Part shown: one piece after another, positions 50,342 through 63,460 of the stretch | Numbering within the stretch: position 1 is the stretch's first letter | Layout of the letters: each line of letters starts with the position of its first letter | Source of the DNA: Mobula hypostoma | Lineage: Eukaryota | Direction: 5' to 3' | DNA: 64,000 nt | Assembly (NCBI RefSeq): GCF_963921235.1 | Contig: NC_086097.1 | Coordinates: 159,280,001 to 159,344,000, forward strand | Notes under the pieces: model-generated | Told to the model about the DNA's origin: nothing | The model's input: only the letters and a program-made list of their open reading frames with translations | The model's database searches: none | Translations under genes and position numbers: made by a program

Positions 50342-51099
50342 AAAGTTAAGTAATTTCATGACACATGTTGAAATAGCAAAGGATGGACTTCAAAGAGATC
50401 CAGATGTTTTTGAATGACTAGCATGCTTACCTAATATAGGGGAGGGAACAATGAACAAAACAAATTCAAACCTACAATATAATAGTTGCTATATAAGTGC
50501 AAATCAAGGGCAGTTTCTACCCAAATCGTATTGTGTTTAATAATCGTCTAACCAAACCTATTATTTATAGTTCAAGTTACTGAGCTACATTTGGATCTTG
50601 GCAGATGAATCAAGTAATTTGTAATAGTTTGTGACTAAATTTGTTTGTGAATATGTTCCTTTCCACCTATTTCCCAGGCTCATGTTGATTGCTCTTTCAT
50701 ATTCATTCTGCTTACTTATTTATTTTTCTGTATTTTCCAATTGGCCCTCCACTGAGTTGTAATTGGAAGTATTCAGATCAGCAACTCGAACAGCAATCTT
50801 AGTACTATGAATCCATAATCATGAACATCTGAAGCAGGGGTTCTGTTGGCATATTTAAGGAACAATTATGATTATTATAACATTGATTGAGATCTGGCAA
50901 ATTATATGGAAATCTATTATCTATTATCCACTCACTTTATGCATTTACATATTTCAGTTTTTTTTCTGTTTATAACTGCCTTTATAGATTAGTCAAAAAT
51001 AAGCAAACTGTTCATGGAAACCAACTGGCAGACACAAAGGAAAGTTAAGACAAATAGAGAAGGTTTGAGTCAATTTGAGATGTTCATCTCAGTCATGCT

Positions 51100-54000
51100 C
51101 CATAAAACCATAAGACCTAGGAGCAGAACTAGGCCATTTGGCCCATCGAATCTGCTCTGTCGTTCCATCATGGCTGATTTATTAACCCTCTCAATCTCAT
51201 TCGTCCGCCTTCTCCATGTAACCTTTGACACCCAGACAAATCAGAAAACTATCAATCTCTGCTTTAAATACACTCAATGACATGACCTCCATAGCCATCT
51301 GTGGCAATGAGTTCCACAGTTTAACTGTGCTCTGATAAAAGAAGTTCCTTTCATCTCTGTTCTAAACAGACATTCCTCTATTCTGAGCCTGTGTCCTCTG
51401 GTCCTAGACTCACCCACTATAAGAAACATCTTCTCCACATCCACTCTATCTAGGCCTTCCAATATGCATTAGTGTTCAATAAATCCACCCCCCCTCCCCC
51501 CACCATTCTTCTAAACTCCATCAAGTACAGGCTCAGAGCCATCAAATACTCCTCATATATTAACCTTTTCCTTCCCAGAATCATCCTTGAGAATCTCTTC
51601 TGAATGCTAACATTGCATTTGCCTTCCTTACCAGCAACTAACCCTGCAAGTTAACCTTTAGGGAATCCTGCACAAGGACTCCCAACTCCCTTTGCACCTC
51701 TGATTTTTGAATTTTCTCCCCATTTAGAAAATAGTCTACATCTTTATTCCTTCCACCAAAGTGCATGACCATATACTTCCCAGCACTATATTCAATCTGG
51801 CACTTCTTTGCCCATTCTCCCAACCAGTCTAAATCCTTCTGCAAACTCCCTGCTTCTTCAATACTACCCACCCCTCTACTTATCTTTGTATCATCTGCAA
51901 AGTTGGTCACAAAGCCATCAATTCCTGTTCCTGCTGAACACCATGTACTCTTATCTTGTTAAGCAGCCTCGTGTGTGGCACCTTGAAAAAGGCCTACTGA
52001 AAATCCAAGTAAACAACATCCACTAACTTTCGTTTGTCTATCCTGCCTGTTATTTTGTTAAAAACATTCATCAGATTTGTCAGGCAAGATTTCCCCCTTA
52101 GGAAACCAGGCTGAATTTGGCCTCCAAGTGTCCTGAAACCTAACCCTTAATAATGGACTCCAAAATTTTTCCATCCACTGAATTCAGGCTAACCCTAGAT
52201 TATAACTTCTTTTCTTCTACCTTCCTCCCATCTTAAAGAGTCAAGAGACATTTGTAATTTTGCAGTCCTCCAGAATCATTCCAGAATCTAGTGATTCTTG
52301 AAAGGTCATTATAATTGCCTCCACAATCTCTTCAGCTATCCAGGAGTGTAGTCCATCTGGTCCAGGTGACTTACCTTCCTTCAGTCCATTTAGCTTCCCA
52401 AGCACCCTCTCCTTAGTAATAATAACTACACTCATTTCTGCCCTCAACACTCTTGAATTTCTGGCATACTGCTAGTGTTTTCCACAGTGAACACTGATGC
52501 AAAATACTTATTAAGTTCATCCAGCATTTCTTTGTCCCTCGTTACTTCCTCCCCAGCATCATTTTCCTGCAGTCTGACATCCACTGTCACGTTTCTCTTA
52601 CTCTTTGTATATCTGAAAAAAAACACTTTTGGTTTTATTCTTTTATTTTATTGGCTAGCTTTCCTTCATATTTCATCTTTTCTCTCCCTATGGCTTTTCT
52701 TTAGTTTGCTCTATGTTGGTATATAAAAGCTACCCAACCCTCTAACTTCTCACCAATGTTTGCTATATTAGATGCCCTCTACTTTCCTTTTGTGTCATCT
52801 TTGACTTCCCTTGTTAGCCACTGTTGCCTCATCCTCTCTTTAGAATACTTCTTCTTCTTTGGGATGTATCTCTTCAGAATTGTTCCACAGTACCTGCAGC
52901 CATTGCGATTCTGCTGTCAATCCTGCTGGTGTCCCCTTCCAATCAACTTTGGCTAACTCCTCTCTCGTGCCTCTTTAATACCTTTTACTCCCCTTTAATA
53001 CTGATGTATCTGACTGTATCTTCTCTCTCTCAAACTGCAGAGTGATTTCTATCATATTATGATCATGCCTCCTAAGGGTTCCTTTACCTTTATCCCCCTA
53101 ATCAAATCTGGTACATGACACAACATCCAATCTAGAATTGCCATTTTCCTAGTGGGCTCAACCACAAGCTACTCTAAAATTCCATTTCTTCGGCATTCTA
53201 CAAACTCCCTCTCTTGGGATTCAGCACCATACATAACATAATTTTCCCAATCTCTCAGTATATTGAAATCCCCCATCACTATTGTAACATTGCCCTTTTT
53301 ACATGTCTTTTCTCTCTCCCATTTTAGTTTCTATCCCACCCCCTGGCTACAGCTTGGAGGCCTGTACATAACTCCCATCGGGGTCTTTTTACTCTTGCAG
53401 TTTCTTAACTCTACACACAAAGATTCTACAACTTCTGATCCTATATCACCTCCTTCTAATGATTTAACTTTTTTACCACCGGAGCCACCCTGATCACTCT
53501 GCCTATCTGCCTGTGTTTTTGATACAATGTGTATCCTTGGATATTAAGCTCCCAACTATGATCTTCTTTCAGCCATGTCTCAGTGATGCCACAATGTCTA
53601 CCTACTAAACTTTAGCTGCACTACAAGATCATCTACCTTATTCCGTATCTTGTGTGTATTCAAATATAGCACCTTCAGTCTTGCATTCAGCACCCTTTTT
53701 GATGTTGTCCCCATATTACATCGTCATTCCACTAACTGCAATGTTGCCCTATCATCTGCCTGTCCTTCCTACAGTCTCACTACAGATCGCATCTACCTAT
53801 ACAGTATTCCAACAGCCCCATCCTAAGCGCTGTCACTCTGCTTTCTATCCCTCAACCAAATGAGTTTAAACCCTCCCGAACAGCTCTTTAAACCTGCCCA
53901 CAATATTACTGGTCCCCCTTAGGTTCAGGTGAAACCTATCCTTTTTCTACAGGTCATACCTTCCCCAGAAGAGATCCGAATAATTTTGAAAACTGAAACC

Positions 54001-54730
54001 CTGCACTATGCACCAATTCCTAGCCATGCAGCCACCTGCCAAATCACCCTGCTCTTATTCCCACTGGTGCGTGGCACAGACAGCAATCCTGAGAATATTA
54101 CCTTACAGGTCTCACTTTTCAGCTTTCCACCTAACTCCCCATATTTTCTCTTCAGGACCTCCTCCTATTTTCTACCCTTCCCTTCCGAACCATAGAACCA
54201 GACTCAGTGCCAGAAATCCAGTTGTTGCGGCTTCCCCTGGTAGGCCATTCCCCCCAACAGTATCCAAAGCAGTATATTTATTACTGAGGGAACGGCCACA
54301 GGGGTTCTCTGCACTGGATGCCTATTCCCTTTCCTTCTCCTGATAGTCACACAGGCACCTGCCTCCTGCATCTTAGGGGTGACTACCTCCCTGTAGCTGC
54401 TGTCTATAACCTGATTTTCTCATATGATCATCAACCTACAGCACCAATTCCTTAACACAGTCTCTAAGAAGCTGCAGCTCGATGTACTTCACGCAGATTA
54501 GTTTTCAGGAAGGATTGCGGTCTCCCATTGTTGCCACTTCTCACACAAAGAACATAGCACTGACTCTGGACCCATTCTCAGTAGACTAGCTATGTACTAA
54601 TAGACAAAGAAAGGAAAAGAAAAAAAAAACTTCCTAGAAACTTACTTAGAAGCTCTACCTGTGCTTGCCCAAGCCTGTTGAACCAACGCCTCCCACTCTA
54701 ATACTGGCGCACTCCAACAATGGCCGCTTC
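51100..54730 (-). mobile_element. CR1 LINE spanning 5' UTR to tail, with internal deletions
   Basis: 3' UTR at 51100-51270; FADDTKI (51638..51910); GKSPGPDGLH; ELNKYFASVFT; endonuclease remnants at 53000-53650; ORF1 remnants at 53860-54540; GC-rich 5' end. Confidence 0.9.
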
Positions 54731-55475
54731 AATGGTGATAATTTCTCTTACACCTTTTGTAGACTCAAATAAAGTAAAAGACAAATAAATCCCTTCTCAG
54801 TTTCCAAAATACTTTTCATACAATGAAGCACTTCAATCAGCAATTACTGAAGTAACTTGTTGCATATGAAATATGCAAGTAAAGGAGCTTGTTTGATTAT
54901 TATTCCATCCCTAGCTTAAACGTCCATTTCCTCCATTGTCGATGTTCTGTGCCTACAGTGTACACTCTGATATCCACTACCTAGCAGTTGGTGCATGAGA
55001 ACAAGACCACTCACACATGATTTACGTATTTCTTCATTATTGCTGAATCACAATTCTGGCAAACTGTCCTTAATGAGGTTGCCTTCTTTACATGCATTAT
55101 AACATCCAGAGAATTGCACAATCAGGAAGAGACATTGCATGTAATTGTAAAAGTATACCTCCACTTAGACTCAGAGGAGGGGAAATTCTAGAAAGACAGA
55201 ACTGAAGGTTCTGAATTCACATGACATTTATAACAAGCTAAGTAAATTAATGGTACAAATCGGAATAAACAGTTCTGATCTAATAGCTATTAAAATAGTT
55301 GCTACGTTGCTAAGGTTGGGAATTACATGCTCCAGGATAATTTACTTTTAGAAGAGCTGAGAAAATGTGAAAGGAGCTGAGGTAACCCTGAATTTATAAA
55401 ATGGAATAAAAGGGGTTGCAGGGAATTCAGTTAAACAGTTTACTAGAGTTAAAAAGTAGCAAGGGGTACCCACCA

Positions 55476-57045
55476 TAATGCTGGAGGATCTCAGCAGGTC
55501 AGGTAGCATCTATGGAAATGAATAAACAGTCGACATTTTGAGTAGAGACCCTTCTTCAGGACTGAAAAGGAAGACGCCAGAATAAAAAGGTGGGGGGAGG
55601 GGAAGGAGGATAGATAGATGGTGATAGGTAAAGCCAGGTGGGTAGGAAAGATAAAGGGCTGGAGAGGAAGGAATCTGACTGGAGTGGAGAGTGGACCATA
55701 AGAGAAAGGGAAGGAAGAGGGGACCCAGGAGAAGTGATAGGCAGGTGAGAAGAGGTAAGAGGCTGCAGTGGGAAATAGTGGCATGGAGGGGGCGGGGTAA
55801 GAGGGTGTTGGGGCTGAAGAAATTCTTTTACTGGAAGGAGAAATCAATATTCATGCCATCAGGTTGGAAGCTACCCTGAAGGACTATAAATTGTTACTCC
55901 TCCACACAGAGGGTGGCCCCACCTTGACACAAGAGGGGGCCATGGACTGACAAATCAGAACAAGAATGGGAACTGGAATTAAAATATTTGGCTACTGGGA
56001 AGTTCCACTTGTTACTGATGGACTGGAGGTGCTCAACAAAATACTCCCCTAATTTACAATGTAGATGGGGCCACATTGGGAGCACTCAACACAATAGATG
56101 AGCCCAGCATATTTGCAGCTGAAGTGTTGCCTCACCTGGAAGGACTGTCTGGGGACCTGATAGAGGTGAATGGGCAGGTGTGGCAATTTGGCTGCTTGTA
56201 GGGTTGAGTGGCAGGAGGGAGATTGGTAGGGAGGGACAAGAAAATCACGGAGGGAGCGATCCCTGCAGAAAGTGAGGGGGGGAGGAGCTAAAGACACATT
56301 TGGTGATAGGATCCCTTTGGATATGGCAGAAGTTGCGGAGGATGTGTTCGATGTGGGGGCTCATGGGGTGGCAGGTAAGGACAAGAGGAACCCTGTCACT
56401 GCTGAGGCGGCATGAAAATGGGAAGTTTGGGAAATGGAGCATATGCGAATGAGGGCAGTATCAATGGTGGAGGAAGAAAACCCTGTTTTCTGAAGGAGGA
56501 GAACATCTCTGATGTCCTGGAAAGGAAAGCTGAATACTGGGAACAGATGTGGCAGAGATGAAGGAACTGAGAAAGAGGAATAGCATTTTTACAGGAGACA
56601 GGGTGGGAAGAGGTAAGGTCAAGGAATCTATGAAATCAGTAGGTTCATAAAATATGGCGGTCAACAGGTTGTCTCCAGCGATGGAGACAGAGAGACTGAG
56701 ATAGGGGAGGAAGGTGTCAGGATTGGACAAAGTGAATTTAAGGGCAGGGTGGAAGTTAGAGGCAAAGTTGATGAAGTTGATAAGCTCAGCATGGGTGCTT
56801 GAAGCAGCACCAATGCAGTCATCAATGTAGTGGAGGAAGATTTGGGGAGCATTACCAGGGAAGGCTTGGAACATGGACTGTTCTGCACAACCAGTGAAGA
56901 GTCAGGCATAGCTGGGGCCCATGCGGCTGCCCATGACTACCCCTCGAGTTTGGAGAAAGTGGCATGTCTTGAAGGAAGAATTGTAGAAGGTGACGACCAG
57001 TTCTGCCAGATGGTGGAGGGTGGTGCTGGAGGGGAGTTGGCTGGT
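55476..57045 (-). mobile_element. Penelope-like retroelement (RT C-terminal half + GIY-YIG + pLTR)
   Basis: FLHYIDDCIGAAS...FASNFHPALKFT; RVPLVLTCHP; LIYCVECSQCGPIYI; LGEYFVEHL; pLTR at 55476-55565. Confidence 0.92.
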
Positions 57046-57121
57046 GAAACTATGGGTAATATATAGTTTAATCCAGAAATTATGTGTAATACGATAATTA
57101 CATCTTTAATCTACATTTAGA

Positions 57122-57245
57122 TCATAAGACCATAACATATAGTAAAATTAGGCCATTTAGCCTACTGAATTTTCTCTACCGTTCAACCACAGCTATCTTT
57201 TTTCTCTCAACCCCATTTTCCCACCTTCCCCCTGTAACCTTTAAT
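57122..57245 (-). mobile_element. CR1 3' UTR stub
   Basis: CATAAGACCATAA...TTAGGCCATTTAGCC...CTCAACCCCATTTTCC matches 51101-51230. Confidence 0.75.
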
Positions 57246-57319
57246 TCTCTTATCAAAGACAGGTCAAATATAGTCAGTGGAAATAACACAGAAGGCATAT
57301 TTGTTATTAAGGGAACAGT

Positions 57320-58090
57320 AACAGTGCTCTTGGAAAATAATAACAGGATAGGACAGAATCAACATTGATTTGCAAAAGTAAAATCATGCTTGATCTACCT
57401 GCCAGAGATTTTTTTTTGAGGTTGTAACTAACATAATATATAAGGACAAACCGTTTGATGTGGTGTGTTTAGACTTTCAGATGGTTTTTGACCTGATACC
57501 AAACAAAGAACATTAAACAGTGAACCTACAAGGTATAGCAGTTGAGATTTTGGTCTGGATTGAGGATCAGTTAAACAGAAAGCAGAGAGTATGAATAAAT
57601 GGGTCAGATTTTTTTTTGGGAGATTGAGACCAATAGTAGAGCTGCAGGGATCAATGCTGTGGCGATTGCTGTTCACAGTCTATATCAGTTTATTTGAATG
57701 ATTTGGTTGAAAGGACTGTAATATATCCAAGTTCACCAAGGTAGGTGAAGGTGTTGGTTACAAAGATAATGTGGGGTGTCTTCAAGAGAGATATATATAG
57801 GGTAGATAACTGAACAAAGTTATTGCAGATTGAATGATATGAGGAAAAATTATGGGTTCATTTATTTTGGTAGAAAAAATAAAAAGGCAATACTCCTTTT
57901 AAAACCATGAGAGTCTGAAAGATGATGATTTTCAGAGGAAGCTTGTATGAGAATCATCAATGCTCAGGTTCAGCAAGCAATTAGGAAGGCAAGTTATATA
58001 TTGACCTTAATTCAAGAAGATTTAATTACAAAGATAGATCATCTTGCCTAAATTATATAGGGCCCTGTGAGACAGCATCCAGTGTACTGA
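57320..58090 (+). mobile_element. CR1 RT fragment (old)
   Basis: AAATCATGCTTGA, GATGTGGTGTGTTTAGACTTTCAG, GCAGGGATCAATGCTG, ATATCCAAGTT, CAGCAAGCAATTAGGAAGGCAA. Confidence 0.75.
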
Positions 58091-58154
58091 AAATAAAATA
58101 AAACACATAGTTCACAGTTCAGATTGTAGACATCTAATCAGATCTAACACATTG

Positions 58155-60232
58155 CCTGTTATCCCACTGGCTTTTAGGGCAGCAAAGTAGGTCCACCATC
58201 TGTCTGTCCTTGGCCATTTCTCTATTTTTCAGGGTCCTCATTTCTTCCTCTGTGGTACGGTGCCTAGTTGTCTTTGGTCTCTCACGTTTCCATCACCAGT
58301 CAGGGGTCCAGTGAAGTGCTGTCTTGCTGATGGAGTTGGCCCCTCTTCTTATCACATGCCCAATCCATCTCCAAAATTTCGCCATGATGATTCTGGCCAT
58401 GTTTTTTTGATGACACCGAAGGAGTAGGGCGTGGTTAGAGATTTTTCTTGGTAAGAAGATACAGAAAATCTTCTTGAGGTTCATGGTGTGAAATAGCAAC
58501 AGCTTGGCAAGGTTGCTCTCTGTCATATGCCAGCATTCTGCCCCATACAAGACTGCAGATGCTGTACTTGGTTGATCCCCATATGTTGCTTATTTTTCTG
58601 AAGATGTTTTTAGCTTTGCTGAGTCTACACTGCATGTCATCCTTGGTCCTACCATGTTGCCCAGGTAGGTGAATCTGCCAGTGCTGGGCAGGTTGATGCC
58701 GTATGCTTTGATGGAAGGAGGAGACTCTACACCAAGGGACATGGTCAGAGTCTTCCTCGGGCTGACTCTTGAGTCCAACCTGTCCACCAAAGGTACACAG
58801 GTGCTGGGTTTTCTCTTGCATGTGCTGATGTACATGCTTGTGATATTAATGCAAGTTCATCCGTAAAGTCAAGGTCTTCCAAAGTAGAGACCAGAGTCCA
58901 CCTAATGGCTCTCTGCTTTTCTTTTGTTGTTTGCCTCATAACCCAGGCAATCACTAGGTTAAACAATATCACTGACGTCACACATCCTTGCCTAACTCCT
59001 GTCTTGACTTCAAAACTCAAATTGCTGTCCCCAACTGTACTGGTAAAGTTAGATAATTTTGGAAGGGCCACATATAATCTGAGAATTTACCAAGGGTTCT
59101 CCCTGTGGATGCTAGCAAAAGTCTTTTCAAAGTCCACAAAATTTACATACAGTTGTCTCTGTCACTCTGTGCACTGCTTTATGATGCTAGGAAGCGTGAA
59201 GATCTGGTTGACACATTCTCTGTTCTTCCTGAAGCCAGCTTGCTCCTCCCTCAAGCACACATTGACAGCATCTGTTGGAAAATGACTTTGGTGAGAACCT
59301 TGCTGGGCACTGACAAAAGTGTAATGCCATGCCAGTTGTGATCACTTAGCACTCCTTTCTTGGGGATCTATCAATGACTCCCTTTGTCCAGTTCTTGTGT
59401 ATTTGACCTGTTCCCAAATTATAGCAAGCAGTGATTGCAGGATGGCTGCTGTAACTTTTTGGTTCCGCTTTGAACAGTTTGGCATTCAAACTATCATGTT
59501 CTGAAGCTTTGCTGTTCTTTAGTGATTTAGTCGCAGCAATAATCTCTTCTTTCTTCAGTGGATCGGTGTTGATATCAAGGTCCTCTGCTGACTCTTGTAT
59601 GTTAGGTTCTTCATCTGGTGGTGGTCTATTTAGTAATTCTCTGAAATACTCTGTCCATTGTGCTTCTTGCTCTTAATCGGTTGTGAAAAGCAGACCATTC
59701 TTATCTCTCATGGGACCATTGGAACTTTCCCCATACCAATCTTGAAATCTTGTATATATTTCCGTTGTCACCTTGATTGGCTGCTGCTTTGGCCTGCACT
59801 GCAAGGTCTTCCATGTAATATCTCTTATCCTTTCTTACGAGTCTCCTTACTTTCTTGTTAGCTTCAGTGTATGTTAGTTGAAGTTTCTCCCTAAGTTATG
59901 TTGACTTTGCATCTAGAACTTTCTTCTTAATTGTCTGCCTTTCTTCTAAGGCTGTCCATATTTCCTGCTGTATCCATTCTTTGTTCTTCTTTCCAGCTCT
60001 GTATTCTAGTCAAGCTTCGCTGCTCTCCTTGAAGACTGAAACTGAACTCTTGAACTTGGAGGACTGCTGGACCACTGTTAGTTTGGCATTTGACCTGTTT
60101 GGCATGGGTGACCCTACCAAGAACCAGAGCATAAAGCCGTGACTCCAGCCAGCATAGTCTTCTGGGTCACTGAGGCACAATGACAAGGTTGTGTCAAACC
60201 ATGACAAGGTTGTGGTCCTCTTGGAGGAATCA
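58155..60232 (-). mobile_element. RTE-clade LINE: 5' UTR joined to tether/RT/3' end, endonuclease absent
   Basis: TGVRQGCVTSVILFNL..WVMR; LEDLDFTDELAL; MYGAECW; WRWIGHVIRR...ALHWTP; RTE-type 5' region at 60050-60232. Confidence 0.9.
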
Positions 60233-60253
60233 GAACTAAGCAAGAGAGTAAAC

Positions 60254-60254
<1 letters not shown>

Positions 60255-60305
<51 letters not shown>
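60255..60305. repeat. (AC)n microsatellite expanded at the end of a Penelope pLTR
   Basis: Repeat read directly; followed by AATGCTG...ATCTATGG...ACAGTCAACATTTT...CTTCATCAGG (pLTR, to about 60392). Confidence 0.9.
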
Positions 60306-60307
<2 letters not shown>

Positions 60308-61104
60308 GCTGATAGAACCTAGTAAGTTAGACAATATCTATGGTGGGGAATATACAGTCAACATTTTAGACAGAGATGCTTCATCAGGGCTGAGAGTAAA
60401 CAAGATAGTTTTAGGTTAAAGGGGGGGAAGGATGGATAAGTCTCAGAGAATGTCTCTAATAGGATGAGGCCAGAGTTACCATGGGAAAAATTGTAAATAA
60501 GGCTAATGGAGTCAGTTGGAAGGATAGAAGCTCAATGATAGAACATAAAATTGTGAAATGAAGCCAAGAATAAGAATATAAAGGAACAAAAAGTTGCTTT
60601 TCACATGCTTATCTGTAAAGGTCTTTTTACACATAAAATTTGGAAATGCTTGCTATTATAGATATGATTGTCAAATCACAGCAACTACATTCCAACTGTT
60701 CAAGTGTCCCTGGAGACATACTGATAATAAATAGCTAACACAGAATAACACAGATCTAATTTATCATTTAACAGGTGAAAATAATACTTTAGAGGCAATA
60801 CAGGAATACGGGACTCTATTCTTGATCAGTACTGCATTAATTAATCTTTGTAGTGTCTGTTAGTGTTCTTTGTATTGGTTCAAGCAAACATGAGCAGATA
60901 GAGGCAAAGTTTGAAACAGTAGATCTTTCACCAAAGGCATTAACCGTCAATTAAACTGCAGTGCCTGTGCAATAATGGATCAAAATCAATGTGCTTCTTA
61001 TAGAAATTCGAATCTTAGCCCAACTAATGTTAAAAGCACTGCAGTTGGTGTCAGCATTTGTTTGACAAGGAAACAATAAAACAACTCAGTATTTCTATAT
61101 CAAA

Positions 61105-61200
61105 GAGAAAATGTTGGAAGCACTCAGCGAAACAGGAACAGGCAATATCCATGGAAGCAGAAAGTTAACAATTCACACCTCAGGCCCTTCATCAGAATTG
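61105..61200 (-). mobile_element. Penelope pLTR fragment (decayed)
   Basis: GAAAATGTTGGAAGCACTCAGC...GGCAATATCCATGGA...CCCTTCATCAGAA; a similar stub at 35300-35382. Confidence 0.6.
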
Positions 61201-62209
61201 ACCTTCTCATCCCAGACAACCATCTGATAATTCCTGCTGAAAGTGGGATCATTACATCATCAAAGATTTAGGAATAGGAGGATTCCATCAAGCCCCCATG
61301 ACTTACTTTTCCATTTGCATTTATTTGTAGGTGATAGTTAACTCTTGGTAGTTTTTCCTAACAAACTTAGAGATTTTAAATGATTTCCAGACTTGACAGA
61401 CTTCTGAGTAGGAACGTTCTAGATTTCCAGTGGCATCTGTGTCCAAAACTCTCAGCCAGAGGCCCTGAATGACCCATTTCCAATTCCAAACTTAATAATC
61501 AACTGAGGATTCAAGATCCACTGTTTAAAGTTCAAGCTACAGTGTGAAATTCAACACCTGAAGAAGATACAAGAAAGTCAGAGAAATAAGTAGAGAATAA
61601 AGGTACTAGGAAGAAACTTGAGGCTCGGATAAAGGCTTCAAGTTGATTGGCATAACTAACATGCCTACACCAGAAGTGAATTTGACAGACCAATGGGTTC
61701 CAGTTGCATGACCCCCAATGGATGTCTCAGCAAAGTAAATGCAGGTTTTTTTTTATGTTGCTGAATAAAAACCCTACAAAGGTTCAACAAGCCATTACTT
61801 TCATCAGAGTGTTCAATCCATTTCAATGCAATTGCTTTTCTGCCCGTTTGCTAACAGGGGACGCCCCCATGTTATCCAAATACTTGAGATATAGAATATT
61901 ATTTATTCTAATGGATATACATGGGGGGGGGGCCTGAATATATATGCACTAAATGTGAAAGAAACTACAAATTTTATCACATTTATGTTAGTCATTCAGT
62001 TCTGTGTAGCAGTAAGATTTGGGTAAGATGTCACCACATTGGCAGTCACATACCAGTCCATCCCATACCACTTCCTCTCCAGTACAAGTGCATTGGAACT
62101 CTGGGGCATTTTCTCTGACACACTGCACTGTGGTGAACTGCAATAGCAATTGCCAGTTTCTGAAAGTCCAGTTATGCCTTGGCCTTTACCCTACTTTCAA
62201 TAAGTCCTG

Positions 62210-62700
62210 AGTTACAAGGTCCTGGGAGTCAACATCCATTGATGCAAATTATGAGAAGGCACACCAGCGATTCTATTTCATTAGGAGTTTGAAGGTATTT
62301 GGTATGTCTCCAAAGATACTTGCAAATTTCTACAGATGTGTGGTGGAGAGTACTCTGAATGGTTGCATGACAGCCTGGTACGGAACGTCCAATGCATAGG
62401 ATGGCGAGTAGCTGTAGAGGGCAATTGGCTCAGCCAGCTCCTTCATGGCACAGCCTTTCCACAACTGAGGACCTCTTCATAGGCAGTGTTGATCATTTAG
62501 GACTTCACCATCTGGAACATACCTTATTCTCATTACTACCATCGCCGAGGAGTCGCAGGACCCTGAAGACCCACACTCAATGATTTAAGAACAGCTTCTT
62601 CCCCTCGACCATCTGAACAGTCCACGAACCCATGAACACTACCTTGTTATTCCTTTTATCTGCTCATCTTTTCGTAATTTGTAATAGCTTTATGTCTATG
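62210..62700 (+). mobile_element. Rex1-type LINE 3' fragment (tail continues at 63467-63540)
   Basis: AHQRFYFIRSLKVFGMSPKILANFYRCVVESTLNGCMTAWYG; HTLFSLLPS..RRTLKTHT. Confidence 0.85.
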
Positions 62701-63460
62701 GTAAATACGTCATGGTAAATGGTAGGGCATTGAAGAATGCAGTAGAACAGAGGGATCTAGGAATAATGGTACATAGTTCCCTGAAGGTGGAATCTCGTGT
62801 GGATAGTGTGGTGAAGAAATCTTTTGGTATGCTGGCCTTTATAAATCACAGCAATGAGTATAGGAGTTGGGATGTAATGTTGAAATTGTACAAGGCATTG
62901 GTGAGGCCAAATTTGGAGTATTGTGTATAGTTTTGGTCAACAAATTATAGGAAAGATGTCAACAAAATAAAAAGAGTACAGAGAAGGTTTACTAAAATGT
63001 TACCAGGGTTTCATCACCTAAGTTACAGAGAAAGGTTGAACAAGTTGGGTCTTTATTCTTTGGAGCGTAGAAGGTTGAGGGGGCTTGATAGAGGTATTTA
63101 AAATTATGAGAGGGATAGATAGAATTGACATGGATAGGCTTTTTCCATTGAGAGTGGGGGAGATTAAAACAAGAAGACATGAGTTGAGAGTTAAAGGGCA
63201 AACATTTAGGAGTAACTTGAGGGGGAACTTCTTTACTCAGAGAGTGGTAGCTGGGTGGAACGAGCTTCCAGCAGAAGTGGTAGAGGCAGGTTCATTGTTA
63301 CCGTTTAAAGTTAAACTGGACAGCCATATGGACAGGAAAGGAATGGAGGATTATGTACTGAGGGCAGGTCAGTGGGACTAGGTGAGAGTAAGAGTTCGGC
63401 ACGGACTAGAAGGGCCAAGATGGCCTGTTCCCGTGCTGTAATTGTTATTTGGTTATATGG
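62701..63460 (+). mobile_element. CR1 3' fragment (young) with TSD
   Basis: EQRDLGIMVHSSLK...LYKALVRPNLEYCV; IEVFKIMRGIDR...WNELP; GTCTATG at 62694-62700 and 63460-63466. Confidence 0.93.

Noticed and set aside
60010..60306. ORFs with poly-CV tracts
   Set aside because: Translation of the (GT)n microsatellite.
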